Position numbers and translations under genes: made by a program
In this document: in pieces, positions 1-13,460 of the stretch
Numbering within the stretch: position 1 is the first letter of the stretch
Layout of the letters: the number at the start of each line of letters is the position of its first letter
Notes under the pieces: model-generated
Seen by the model: the letters and a program-made list of their open reading frames with translations, nothing else
What the model was told of the DNA's origin: nothing
Databases searched by the model: none
Source: Octopus sinensis
Lineage: Eukaryota
Direction of reading: 5' to 3'
DNA: 64,000 nucleotides
Assembly (NCBI RefSeq): GCF_006345805.1
Contig: NC_043014.1
Coordinates: 27,342,001-27,406,000, forward strand

Positions 1-1600
1 GCAGTGAATTGGATTAAGACATAAATGCTATTTATTAATTCAAGAAATTTTGTAAGGTCCTTATTTCGGTTCCAAAATATAAAGCAGTCATCTAAGAATG
101 TTTTCCAGTTTACTATAAGTTTGGAAGTGGTGGTCAAAAGTAGTTCTTGATAGGTGTAGATTTTTTCTTCTCGATATCCCATTACTAGTGTGGAAAATGT
201 TGGTGCGACTTTCGTTCCCATCGCAGTGTCTTGTATTTGTAGATAATACTGATTATCAAAAAAAAGCAGTTGCATTCCAGTACAATCTGTAAACCTTCGA
301 GTATAAATTATCTCCTGAATTCTTTGTGGGTGTTTGTTTATCCAGAATTCTACTGCTTCTAATATGTGAGGAATATGTGTAGAGACTAGTTACGTCAAAG
401 CTAGCTCGTACTATCTCTTTATCTACCCATTCTGAGATATAGTTTACGAAGTTCATGTCATTTTTTGATGAAACTGGGAACTAATCTGCATAAATGTTTT
501 AAAATTATGTCCAGCAAGTTGCTTAATTTTTGAGTGCTAGATGCTGGTCCTGCAACAATCGAACACAATTTGGGACCAGTTGGTTTGGGAATTTCTATAT
601 ATGGAGTATGAAGGTCTTTTAAGCTGTTGTTGATCTGTTTGGATTTATGGATTTTAGGAAGTACATGAAAATTACTTGTTTTCACTTTAAAATTGGTGAG
701 GTAATCCAACTCCTTTTTTGTTAAGTCGTCCTTGATTTGTTGGTAAATTTGCCAATTTTTGTCATAGTTCGTTTATCAGCATCGCTAACAAATTTACTGT
801 AGAATTACTGGTCATTGAGTTGTTCTAAGACCATTTCCCTGTAATGGGTCTTATCCAGTATTACAATGGATCTTCCTTTGTCGGCTTCTTTAATGATTAT
901 GGATGAGTCTTTTTGCACATATTGTAATGCTCTTTGTTCCTCATCTGTAACATTTGGTTTTAAAGGTTTTGATGGAATGCTTGTGTTCGCAGACCTTTTC
1001 AGACATATTATATACTCCCCCTGGTGTTTGTTTCTGTTAATAGGAGGTTTAAAAACCTGTTTTGTTTTGCACAAGAGATGGATCATCGTTGTGATTGTTT
1101 TGAAAATTCTCGTAGGCGAGGTTTTCTGCAAAATTCCTCGGTATCTTTTATAAGGTTTGTTGCGTTGGATTTAGGAGTTGGTGCGAATTTTAGACCATAT
1201 TGGTCTAAAATTTTTATTTCACTTTCCATAAGATTCCGTTGTGAGAGGTTGATTATTTTTGGGTCAGTTGGTCAAATATTTTCTTGACCCTTTGTATAAT
1301 TAATGATTTCTTTCGCTTTCGTTTAGAGATCTTGTTCCCTAAAAAAATGGAGTGAGTCATTGGTACCTTGTCTCTCAGTCATTCCATTATGTTGGAAGGG
1401 ATTTTCCCGGTTGTTGTGCCATCTATCTTGGTATTTTGGTCTGTTTTTTTAGGATTGTTATGTTTTTAAGAAGTTTGTTTGTGTTCTTACCGGCGTTGTT
1501 TTTTCATTTGTTTTTCCTATGTTGACGTCAACAATTTTTTGATTGTTGGGGCTTCGTGTTTGAAATAAAAAAGTAATTGTCACCCTTTGATTGTTTTTCG
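1..1600 (-). mobile_element. Penelope-like retroelement, N-terminal and RT region, frameshifted, runs off the window start
   Basis: Minus-strand peptides in Penelope order: GLKFAPTP, NVTDEEQRAL..IIIKEADKGRSIVILD, FHVLPKIHK..IVAGPASST..LSNLLDIILK, SFDVTSLYT, YLQIQDTAMGTKVAP. Confidence 0.9.
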
Positions 1601-2011
1601 ATTTGATGGGAAATTGGTATGGACGAGGTTATGTTTCTTTTTGTTGTTGTTATTGTAAACAAAGTATGTCTCTTCATGAATTTGTACTTTATTATACGTT
1701 TTCATTATTTCTGTTCCGTAATTGTATTCGAAGTTTTGCAACCATCGAGTTTTCAACTCAAGTGCTTTATTTGATTTGGCTTCTTGCATCTCTATGTCTT
1801 TTTTTCCATAAGTCCAGTAGTTTTTCACGTAATTTTCCGTTGGTTTGTTCGGAGATTTCTTTTTGTATTAAGGTGTCATATTTCCCGAATTTCTCTTTAA
1901 TGCGAAACTTTAGAATGTTAATCTGTTTCTAATTTTTGGTGTGCAAGATTTATTTTGATTTTCGTTTCTTCATTTGGTTTATGTATGTATGTATGTATGT
2001 ATGTATGTATG

Positions 2012-2042
<31 letters not shown>

Positions 2043-2165
2043 CAGTTTATTAGAATTAAAGCTGAGAGTTTGTCTCGCAACTCGAATTTTCGAGTTTCAC
2101 GCCAGTGCAATCGTCTGCAACATGTATTGAGCAATCCTTTCTCATTCGTTCAGCATTAACAACTT

Positions 2166-2239
<74 letters not shown>

Positions 2240-2489
2240 CTGTGTCTGTGTGTGTGTATGTGTCTGTAGATTGTTCGAAGTTGCGTACAGATTTCATGTA
2301 TTTAGTCAGAATTTTGGATATTTATTTAGTGTTTTCGTGAAGGACGATCCTTTATCAGAAAGTTTATGTATTTTACATACATGAGGGTTAGCAGAAAAAA
2401 ATTGGAGTTGAATGGGGAAGAGAATGTTCTTTTGTGATCTACATATGTGTGCATATATATATGTACGTGCATATACGTGTGTGTGCGCG

Positions 2490-2930
2490 CAGTGTATGTA
2501 TGAGTGTGGTGAATATTTAGAGGCTTGGTTAAAGGGAGAAACAGAAAAAAGAAAGAAAGAAAGAAAGAACGAAAGAAAGAAGTGGTCTCACTTCTTGGAT
2601 TGTTGATATTGTATTGTATTCTTATGATCAATCGCTACACAGCTGTTGTAGTTAATGACAGTTTAAAATGTCAATCTTGTTTTAGTTACTGTTTTCAAAG
2701 CATCTCTCTTTTTCTCTCTGTGCATGCAAGTGTGTATGTGTGGTGAATTTTTGGGGGTTTGGTTAGAGGGAAAATGTAAAAATGAAAGAAAGAAAGAAAG
2801 AAAGACAAATGGGTCGCTCTTCTGGGATTGTTGAAATTGTATTGTATTCATATGGTCAGTTGCTACACAGCTGTTGAAGATGTCAATCTTCTTTTAGTCA
2901 TTGTTTTGAAGGCATCTCTTCTTCTTCTCT
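2490..2930. repeat. Old diverged tandem duplication, unit about 240 bp, containing (GAAA)n
   Basis: GTGTGGTGAAT...GAAAGAAAG...GATTGTTGA.ATTGTATTGTATTC..GCTACACAGCTGTTG..TGTCAATCTT..GCATCTCT occurs at about 2505 and 2738. Confidence 0.7.
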
Positions 2931-3197
2931 CTCTCTCTCTTTCTCCCTCTCTCTTTCTCTCTTCTCTTTCTCTCCTTTTTCTTTCATAATATACATATTA
3001 ATATTATTTACATATACGCATAGATATATTCATATGTACACACAATACTTACAATATATAATGCACATATATATATATACATATACGCACACACATCCAT
3101 CCACCCATCCAAATATGCCTATATATTACATGTAGACATTTTATACGTATATATATATATGCCTATGTAGATACGTATATATATATAAATATATATA

Positions 3198-3250
<53 letters not shown>

Positions 3251-3529
3251 GTATGTATGTGTATATATATGCACATCTGTATGTGTGTGTGTATAAATAT
3301 ATATGTATATAATTTAATAGACACAATACATGGTTTTGTGTGCTACTTGTGCTGGGTTGTACCTGATGACTGTACCGAGATGTCAGACGGATTATGATAC
3401 ATTGTTTGGCATGTTCTCAGCACAAGAAACTGCTTGTATCACATAAAAACATGTATTGTGTCTATCAAATAACATTTATCTCTCACCAGATGGAGTACAT
3501 TTTGTTGATCTTACCATCACTGAACAATA

Positions 3530-3580
<51 letters not shown>

Positions 3581-3984
3581 TGTTATATTGTATATCATCA
3601 AGATATTTTGAGTGTTAATCGAGGATTGCTAAATTCATTCATAATAGATTTAAACAAGTATGGATGCAGTCGCGATTATAAAATATGAAATAAATTCAAA
3701 AGTTCCAAATTGGATTTAAAATATAAGCATACACTCGCTAAACTGTCGATTAATCTCACACAAAAATGATACGCTTGAAAAGGATCAAAAGTGAGTATTC
3801 AAGTACTCGAATTTGATTATCTCACTCATAAATCATGTGTAACTTAACCAAAATTTCCGCAAAAGTTAGCTTGGTACAGTACTTGTATGAGTTAACTATG
3901 TAAAATAATGTCCATAACTTGTTCAATTTCAGTGAGCATCCATGTATATTATCCTTGCTTTATATATTGGTCAATATATATATT

Positions 3985-4287
<303 letters not shown>

Positions 4288-4289
4288 AT

Positions 4290-4960
4290 CCCTTAGGCAT
4301 TTGTAGAAGGGAAAGATCTTGAATTTGCTGTCTCCACATATTTCGAGATGTTTACTCAGTGGAATCTTGCGTAATTCTTTTAGTCTAATGTGTTTTTGTT
4401 GATTTGGATTCTTGCACGTTGGCAAAGGGAATTGTTTGTTCACCAATATAATTTTCCTTGCATTTGGGGCAGGTTATACAGTATATGAGAATTTGTATCT
4501 TGCAGTTCATATCTGCATTTACTTGGAAGGAGAATCCACTTTAAAATTTTATATGGGAACCAGTGCCCAAATAGTTAAAGTTGCAGTTGTTATTGTTGTC
4601 GCCGTCGTCATTGTTGTTGTTGTTGCTACATGTTCAACATTTATTATCTCCACTGTTCTTCAAAGAGAATTCTGAATTATCCTCTGATGTGAAATTTTAC
4701 CCTCGTGAGATGTTTTTTAAGATTTTTTAGTTGACATTTACATATTTCGTATGTTTTCATCCACCAGAGTTTTCATTTTGGGGATTTGTAAGAGAATTGG
4801 TAGGTTTATTTGTATAGTAAAAGAATTTGTAGGTTCATTTTTATGTTAATCACTCCTGGATTATGTGTACTGTTAAATGGAATAATATTTTCTTTAAATG
4901 TTTTCTTAGGCGCCATCAATTGCATGATATCTAGATTCATTAATTAAATTTTAAGGGGTA
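4290..4960 (-). mobile_element. Penelope-like GIY-YIG endonuclease fragment
   Basis: Minus-strand ILIYCITCPKCKENYIGE and QKHIRLKELRKIPLSKHLEICGDSKFKIFPFYKC. Confidence 0.8.
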
Positions 4961-5018
4961 ATACTCTTTTTCATTTTTTCTGTTTTTTTTTTTTAGTTCA
5001 TTGAGTCGAATTTGACAG

Positions 5019-5291
5019 ATGAGGTTAAGTAAAAAGTAAGCAGCGTTTTGAACCACGAAAAAAGTTTACCGGATTTTTGTAGAGTTTTGAATTTTTTAAG
5101 CAATAATTTTTTTTTTCTTTTGTAATTGTCTGATAATACAGACATAGACTAACCCAAATGCATCAATAAATTAACATTGATATTTTTTCACTATAAATGA
5201 AACAGTCAAAGCGCGATATTTGAACAATTTTGCTATTCAACTTCAAAAAGGGACGCAAAGCAGCTGAAACTGCTCGCGTATCAGCGAAACG
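5019..5291 (+). mobile_element. Mariner, 5' part (left TIR and transposase N-terminus)
   Basis: Left TIR GGTTAAGTAAAAAGTAAGCAGCGTTTTGAA matches the reverse complement of 12341-12376; MKQSKRDI*TILLFNFKKGRKAAETAR is a mariner N-terminal HTH segment. Confidence 0.85.
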
Positions 5292-5688
5292 CCCGCGTCG
5301 AACCCTAATTTTGCTGTGTTGGATTGATTTTTGTGCTTTGTTGGATTGCGTTATTGTGTTGAGGAAAGGTGGTTGAAGTTTGTTAAAGTTTGTTTTGTTG
5401 TTGAACTGTTTATTAATTGTTTGTGGAATAATTGTTGTTTTACCCCCGTGCGGTGTGGCCTTCATTGTGGCTTGTGTGGAAGGGCCAAGAGGAGAGGGGA
5501 GGGGTGCATGGTCGGGGAGGAGGAGGAGAAAGTGGATGAGGGGCATCTGAGTGATTCTGTCGAGGAGTACTCAATGTTGGGAAGGGAAGTGCCAGCTGCA
5601 GCGAGGAGGAGAATGGAAGCTCCAAGTACGCTAGCGGGGGAAGGAGCTGAGGAGAGGGAGGAGGCTCGACTTCGTCGCAGTCGCAGGA

Positions 5689-6297
5689 GTGAGGATTGAA
5701 GGAGTTGATCTGAATAATGTTGATCAACACAGGAGGGTAGTGTCAAGAAAGGGGCACGAAATTGAGGTGGCCCCTCCAGGGGGTATTCTGGAGGATGTTG
5801 AAGGAAAGACTTTGATATGCAGGACGTGTAGGGTGAGGAAGGGGAGGGTCGAATGTGTAACTGAGGCAGAGATTAAAGATTGCGTGGTGCCAATGTGGCA
5901 CAAGGTAGAGTGTATTGCGGGGGGAAGGAGGTGTGGGACGGTGGAGATTAGAATGGAGTCCGAAGAGGAAGCTCGACTCCATTTTGTCGACCCATTGAAG
6001 ACAGAAGTGGTTCTTCTGCCCATGTACATGGGTGGAGGAGCGTCCGGAATTACTGTGAGTAGCATTCCCATTGTGGTGGACGCTGAGTGGCTCGTCACGG
6101 CTGTAACCATGGGCCTGGAGGAAAGAATCACTGTGCTGCAGGCCGAGGTGATGGATTCACGTAACTGGTACGGCCGGAGCATTGGGTTGATTATACAAGC
6201 GAAACGGACCACACTGGAAGAAGTCATCGAGGTCTTCGAGGTTGGTGGGACCCGACTGGTGGTTGCAGTAGAGGGTCGCCGGTCTGTATGCTTCTAG
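5689..6297 (+). pseudogene. ORF1 (gag-like) core of LINE element 1
   Basis: 202-aa ORF with VPMWH, LLPMYMG..S.I.V..IP..VDAEWLV, ending at a zinc knuckle interrupted by a stop codon. Confidence 0.8.
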
Positions 6298-6861
6298 TGT
6301 GGAAAAAAAGGCCACCTCAGGGTGGACTATAAAAGCAAGGAGACTGAAGAAAAAGGAGGAAGAAGAGAAGGAACAAGTGGTTGTTGAACCTATTTCACAG
6401 GAGAATCGAACGCCAATGCCAGAAAAAGGGGAGGAGTGGTCAATTGTTCAGAAACAAGAGGAAAATAAAACGACTCTCCCCAGAAAAAGATAAAGATAAA
6501 ACAGAGACTCGTATAATCAAAAAAGCAAAAAAACTCGAGAAAAAAAGATGGGGATAGTTGCTATATGGCGGTACGCGTCTCGAATAGAGACCTGGTGAAC
6601 CGCCTGACAACATTACACTTGGGAAAAATAGCGAGTGAAAACAAGAAAGAAGGAATAGAATTTTTTAAAACAACAAACAAAATTCATAAGATACTAACGA
6701 AAGACTATAGGAAAGATGTAGGCTGACCCAGGCTGGGTGTTACCACAACTATATATGGGGACCTCATTGTTCCGACACCACCATCCGGGGAGAAAGAAGA
6801 GGAGGCAGCCCCCCCCGCCGCCTCCAGACACCGATTAAAACGGTAAGTTGTTTTTTTTGCT

Positions 6862-9500
6862 ATGGCTGTTCACTTAGGATGCATAAATTTGCGTAGCTTG
6901 GCGTCGAGCTGGAAACAAGGACATTTCCTAAATGACGTCAGGTCACAATGTTTAGATGTTATTGTTACTACTGAAACTCGGTTAAAAGGGCCAAGAGATC
7001 TGCTCCCGCTCCTGAAAGGCTACGAGAAATTCATTTCTCCAGGTCGACCGGGGGATGGGGTGGGGTGTTGGTCCTACTTAAAAGAAACCGAGTTTCAGAG
7101 AAAAGGTCAATTTTTTCTGATCCAGAAGGCAGGCTGGTCGTTTTAGACCTGACGTTCAGTTGTGGTAAGGAAATCAGGCTGGTGGCTTTTTATGCACCCA
7201 ATTCGAGTCAGACTGACTATTACCGAGATTTGGAGAAGTTTCTAGGCACATCACGTTCACTAGTTGTATTAGGAAACTTTAACACTATTCTCGATGTGCG
7301 CGTGGATAGTGTTGGCTCTAATTCTGATAGGAGACTTAACATTGGCTTCCGGGATCTACTCAGTCGCTTTCAGCTAGTAGATCCCTACAGACTAGAATTT
7401 TCGAACGCTCCATTATGGACATGGTCAATTGGCGACGGGTCTTCGAGGTCTTATATAGATAGGATTTTAATTAGAAAAATAGATAAAGATATAGTTACGC
7501 CTCCACAGTATGACCTGGTCAGTTACAGTGACCGCAAGATGGTCACTTATAAACTGTACCTAAATAAGTTATAAAGTAAGGATTCCGGCTACTGGAAACT
7601 CAATAAGTCATTTTTGGCGATTGGGGAGTACAGGAGTCGGATTAAGTTATTAATACAGAGGGCGTTGACCGGTTCCATTATTAACAGCAAATGGTGGTAC
7701 GCCCTCAAAGAGCCATTAAATTTGAGTCTATTAGATATAGTGCAGATTTAGTGGCTAGAGGGCGTAGAAGGGAATTAGAATTAGTTAAGGCCCTAGAGGA
7801 AGCCATGAGAACTGGCGACGCATCTCAGGTGAGGGCGAAGAGACTGGAGTTAAACCAGCACCTCGAAACCAATTACATGGGAGGTATCGTCAGAGCTAGA
7901 CTTGGTGCAATGGGCAGCGAAAGAATCAAGGCCGCTGGATGGGTACGTGTTGTGAAGGCTCAACGTGGAAACGATTCCATAATTCGATCTTTGAGGAATT
8001 CACAAAAACGATCTTTGATGAATTCACAAGGTGAGTTGATAAACAAACCTGAAGATATGTGTCGGACTTTTCAGGAGCACTTCGCCCAGCTTTTCGTGGG
8101 GAGCGACGGACCGGATAGTAGCACAGACCTTATGGACTTCCTCTACTGAATGCAGAGATGAAAATTTTGGCCAAGGTGTTAGCAAAAAGATTGACGCGTG
8201 TCGCGGATGGCCTGATCGATCGGGGTGGCACAAACCTGTGCGGTCCCCGGCAGAACCATCCAGGACAATTTTCATCTTATACGCTACACTGTAGAAGGGT
8301 ATGGTAATGATTCTGGCAAAGGTGGGGCACTGGTCCATTTAGACCAAATGCATTCGATAGGGTAGACCAGGTAGCAAAAATTAACCGGGAAAAGTCAGTT
8401 GGCTTGCAACTCAGCACCTGGAGGGGTAAGTTGATGCCTTCGAATAGCGTCGAGGGACGCCGGACGGAGGGCCCGGTTAAGTTGCTAGGAATCTGGTTTG
8501 GTCCAGATCTCCAGATAGAAAAGAGCTAATCCTAGGTATCGAGCAAGGTGACCCACATAGTCAAGACCTGGTCTTAGCGGTGGCTTTCCTTGAAAAGGAT
8601 AGCGGAGGTGGCTAATGTGTTTATCGCATCGGTCATCGTTTACCGCCTAACCGTCGTTCCTTGTCCAGGTTCGTGGCTGAGAAAGTTGGAGAGGCAAATC
8701 TTTCGCTTTTTGTGGAAGAACTCCGCCCCATTTGTAAGACTTCTATTTGCTGTCAAAAGCCGTTAAAGGGTGAGTTAGGGATGCCTTGTCTGTTGATGCG
8801 CAAACCTGGATGGCGAACGGATGTGGTCTCCGCTCGCTAGACGGATGTTCCCCAGCTTTACCAGTTTTGGTGGTAGAGAAAACTGGTTTCATCAAAGATC
8901 GAGGTTAGATACCAGGTACACGGAGTGCCGCAAGGCTTTCCTCCAGTTCCGCAACTCGTGCAACACCAGCGGTTTCGGTACCACCACGCTTACTATAGTA
9001 GGCTGGTAGAGGCAGGAAATGATGATGCCCTGGGAAGGACCCTGGGTCTCGGTGATAATCACTTAGACAGCCTGTTCCGAATAACATTCGGGCCGAAGGC
9101 ACTGAATAACTTCCAAAATTCTTTGACCTGGCAGTGTTACCGAGAAGCCCTACCCGTTTGAGATAAGCTCATCGGACACGGCCGCTCTGGGCCGTCGGCC
9201 TGTCCAAGATGCGAACAGGATGTAGAAACCGCCCTGCACGATATTGTTCAGTGCTCGGGTATATCAGAAGTGTGGACTTATGCAGTACAGCTATCGTCTG
9301 AGTGAATCCTAAAAATTAACCCACCAGATTTCCTTACGGAAAAAGGTAAGATTGCTTTCTTGTAGTAGTAGAAATGCGGGAGAGGTGATATGGCCTCGCT
9401 CTGCTGAATGTTTTCACTTTTCACCTGAAAAAGAAGGTGGGGCTGGAGAAGAAGTGTCTGTCAGCAAGTATATTAAAAAAAGATGGATGCGTGTAGGACG
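6862..9500 (+). pseudogene. ORF2 (APE endonuclease, RT remnants, zinc finger) of LINE element 1
   Basis: Motifs as above. Multiple stops and frameshifts; the RT core (QGxPLS, YADD) is absent. Confidence 0.85.
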
Positions 9501-9768
9501 TACGTTGTGAGTAAAAGGCTCTGCGTGAGCACGTCATAGAGATTACCGAGGCGTCGGTATTAAATACAGGGATCGTGGGGTCGGAGCGTACCTCTCTTTT
9601 AATGCCTCATTGTGTTATTGTGTATATGTAAATGTTTTTTGTGTTTCATTCGATAATCATCAGCCATTATACATTTTTAAACCCATTCGTTTGTATATGA
9701 CCCCGTTCATATTGTGTTGTCTCCCACTTTGTACATCTGTATGGGCAATGATAAAACGTAGCGAAACG

Positions 9769-11371
9769 TTCGCTTCGAGAATTTGAATTGTAAGTTCATG
9801 TTTGCTATTGTTTTTTGAAAGGTGTTGTATTGTTTTTTTGTGCTGCTTTGCAGCTGTTGTATGATCGTGCTGTCCCTCAACGTTTTGAGGAGAGATGGCT
9901 GAGTTTGAAAATGTTTTTATTCCGACCACATTGAAATGTAGATGTCGGCGACAGAATTTTCATCGTCTAAGGAAGAACTGATCAGGGCTATCAGCATAAT
10001 AGAAAAGTCTTTAAAGGGGAAAAGTTTTGCAGAAGTGGCAGGTGTCTCTAAGAAGGAGGTGAGTCTGGAAAACCTAAAGAATTTGGTGGAAATGCTGGAG
10101 AAGGAGGCTGGTGACATGAAATTGTCACCACTGAATTACATACTTAAAAACATGGAAGAAAGCAGAATTGCTTATAAAGTATATTCAATCAAGGAGAGAA
10201 GAATTGAAAATGAGGCTACGGAGGAAACAGAGAAAGCATTGAAGCCAATCTGGCATCATATCTTGCCAGAGGAAGCAGTTACGGCACTGCTGTGCATTTC
10301 AAAGAGAAAGAAAAGGCAAAGGAGCACTCGGCAAATACAATGAAGACGGGAAGGGTGATCCTCCTACACACATACCTTGGAAGAAGAACTTCCAGGGTCA
10401 GGATGGAGGGAACCCCCACCCCCTGAAATAGACGTGGCTTGGGTGGTGGCGGCAGTACTTCTTGGAAATGAGAAGGAAGTGGCCGTAGGAGTTGGTGAGG
10501 CAAAGTTCTGGATATGTTGATCCAAATTTAAGTAAAAAATGTGGAGAAACTTGCAGAAACGTTGTTAATAGGTGATACAGTAATGAAGGTGTGGGTAGAG
10601 GGTAGAGCCCCTCGCTGCTACAATTGTGGCCATTAGAGCGGACGGCCCTCAAAATAACCAACATGCACAGAAGGTCGAGAAGGAGAAGGAAATGGTGGAA
10701 GAGAAAGAGAAAACTGACGAAGAAGGGTGGAGAGTAGCTGGAAGGAAAGAACAGAGGAAGAGGAAGAAGGACAGTCAAAGTGGACTCCAACCCGTTCCCA
10801 CCCCACCCACACCCTCTCAACCCTTCCACTGCAGATACCAAACCCACCCATTCCCCACCGACACAGAAACGAAAAAAAAGAAATACAAACATACAAAAAT
10901 CACAAGGCTCCCCTCCCATGTGTTATGCTTATGTTTTCTGTAAAGGTGTGGACAGGAGATTGATAGAGAAGTTATCACACTGGAAGGACGTAAGGACTGT
11001 AAATATGAAAGGAAGTAAAAAAGAAGATATGGTCGCATGCGCATTGGTGTCGGAAGGTCGTATGAAAGAAGTAATGGATTACAAAGAAGATTTTAAATAT
11101 AGAAAATTGGTTTATGATCTAAAGGAAATGCCAAAAGAAATAGAAAACGGTGAGTTAGAGGAAGAACAGGGTATAAATATGAACTGGGTATAAAAAGGAA
11201 GTAACTGATGCTGCTGAGGTGGGGTAGGGAGCACATTTTCATATATCATTTCATTTTCATTCATGCTATAATAATTTTATTTTAATCGTTATATGTCCCC
11301 ATACGTGTTGTGCCGTCCTTCCGAAACGACGTTAATATCTATGTACGCCTTTTATAGGTAATAAAAAAACA
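9769..11371 (+). mobile_element. ORF1-only relative of element 1 (element 2, HAL1-like)
   Basis: KPIWH, LLHTYLGRRTSRVRM..P.EIDVAWVV and VEGRAPRCYNCGH align with element 1 ORF1. No APE or RT motifs. The 3' end (TATATGTCCCC..TTGTG..GTAATAAAAAAAC) resembles that of element 1. Confidence 0.8.
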
Positions 11372-12376
11372 CAACGAAACGTTTGGTGAGGAAATGACCA
11401 ATGAATGGTCAGCTCGAAAATGGTTTAAACCATTTTGCAGAGGAGCCCTTGAAGATCGTGAGCGTAGTGGGTGCCCATCTGTCATCGATGACGGTCAATT
11501 AAAGACCATCATTGAGAAAGATCCACGTAAAACTACTCGAGAACTGGCAAAAGAACTTCAAGTTAGCCAGAAAACTGCCTGTAATCAGTTGCATGCGATC
11601 GGAAAATTAAAACAGCTCGACAAATGGGTACCACACGATTTGAATGAAAATGCATAGATATGAAATTTGTTCGTCGCTTCTTCTCCATAACCAGACTGCT
11701 CCATTTCTCGACCATATAGTAACTTGTGATGGAAGGTGGATTCTGTACAATAATAAAAAACGTTCTTCGCGGTGGTTGGGCCAAAATGAAACACCGAAAA
11801 CCTTCCCTAAACTTGAGCTCTTCAAACAGACGGTTACGGTGGCCGTTTGGTGGTATAGTGCTGGACTCATCCACTATAACTTCTTAAAACCCAGAAAACC
11901 ATTACTGCAGAAACATATTACCATGAAATTGCCGAAATGAACGAAAAGCTGCCTCTCCTCAGTCCCACATTGGTCAACAGAAGAGGGCCAATCATTCTTC
12001 ATGACAATGCTCGACCACACGTTTCACTAATAACGCTCCAGAAGTTGAGGGAACTTGGCTACAAAGTTATTCCCCAACCAGCTTATTCCCCAGACCTTTC
12101 TCCTACTGACTACCACTTTTACAAGCACCTTGATAGTTTCCTGCAAAAGAAGGAATTCAAAAATCAAACCGATGCTGAAAGTGCGTTCAAAGAGTTCATC
12201 AGCTCCAGAACTCCAGATTTTTATGTTACCGGAGTAATCAAACTTGTAACTCGTTGGCAAAAATGTGTTGATTGTAATGGTACTTACTTTGATGAATTAA
12301 ATTTCCGTATTGTTGAAATATATTGTGATGAATTTCATGTTTCAAAATGTTGCTTACTTTTTTACTCAGCCAGATA
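11372..12376 (+). mobile_element. Mariner, 3' part (D,D34D-type transposase pseudogene and right TIR)
   Basis: ETFGEEMTNEWSARKWF continues the frame broken at 5291; also WVPHDL, VTCDGRWILY, LHDNARPH, YSPDLSPTDY. Right TIR ends ...CAGCCAGATA. Reconstructed length is about 1.27 kb. Confidence 0.92.
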
Positions 12377-12399
12377 TTTTCAAGTCAACAACTTTTGTA

Positions 12400-13440
12400 C
12401 AGATACGTCTTGCCATACTTTATGCGGTGTTCTTTTTGATGTATAAAGGATGGCAAGAGTAGAAGTTTAAGTATTGATGTGTCTCTTGTCTTGCATAATA
12501 TATCCGTTGTGACTGTAGAGTTGCGTATCTTTACGTGAATGTCAAGGGATGGGAAGTCAGTATGACTAGTTTCTGCCGTGAATTTAATAGATAAGTGAAA
12601 TGTGTGCATAATGTTATTGAATATTTGTAGATCATCATTTGATTTCTCAAAAAAATAAAGCAGTCATGGGGAAGCGTGTCCAATTTTCAGTAAAATATTT
12701 CTTGAAATTTTGGCCAAAAGTTTTCTATACTTCCTCGTATAGTTTTCCTTGTAAAACCTCATCACCAGGTTAGCATATGAAAGCGCAAAGTTCGTCTCCA
12801 TTACTGTGCCCTTTATTTGTCGATGTATTTTACCATCAAAACTATAGCTGTTCTCCTCTAATACTAGACATACGACCTTGGTAATAAAGTCCGTTTTAAA
12901 ATGTTAATTTAGCCTCTCTGTTTTTCTACCCAGTGTTTGATTGCTTCCAGGCCCAAAGTATGAAGCATACTAGTATAAAGGTTACTTACAGCAAAGCTTA
13001 TAAGGATAGTTCCTTCTGGAACAGTGGGTGGGAAGTATTTGAGAAAATCTATATCGTTTCGTATATAGCCAGGTATTAATGGTCTTAAGGGATTAAAGAG
13101 TATATCCAAAAGATGACTAGGTTGTTGTGTTGGGGATTGTGGCCCAGCATCTTTTGGTTCCAATTTGAGATCAGTAGGTCTTTGTACTTTTATGTATTGG
13201 TTCTTCTACTCTCTAATGGCTCTCTATATTTCCGAGCTTTTATGGATCATGGATAATCCATAGAAATTACTCTCCTTAATTTCTGAAGAACATAAGCAAT
13301 TTATTTCTTTATCTGTGAAGAAGTTTGGGAATTGATTAATTATTGTTTTGATCTTATTGATTGTTGTTTACTTCTGAATTTCTTGTTTCTTCTTTTTAAT
13401 AATATTGATCTGTTAGATATTTTCTGTTAAAATGTCTTAT
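12400..13440 (-). mobile_element. Penelope-like RT fragment
   Basis: Minus-strand LLDILFNPLRPLIPGYIRNDIDFL, ILISFAVSNLYTSMLHTLGLEAI; a GTVMETNFALSYANLVM-like region; TDFPSLDIHV. Confidence 0.85.
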
Positions 13441-13460
13441 TGACAAGTTTCATTTCTTCA

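Larger units (their letters stand above)
5292..9757 (+). mobile_element. Tx1/L1-clade LINE (element 1): ORF1 plus degenerate, internally deleted ORF2
   Basis: ORF1 ends in VEGRRSVCF*CGKKGH (zinc knuckle). ORF2 from 6862 has APE motifs (INLRSL, TET, FYAPN, GNFN, SYIDRILI), GYWKLN, LLNAEMKILAKVLAKRL, AFDRVD, LLGIWFG and a C-terminal CPRC..ET..H..C. The 3' end is CAATGATAAAAC. Confidence 0.9.
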
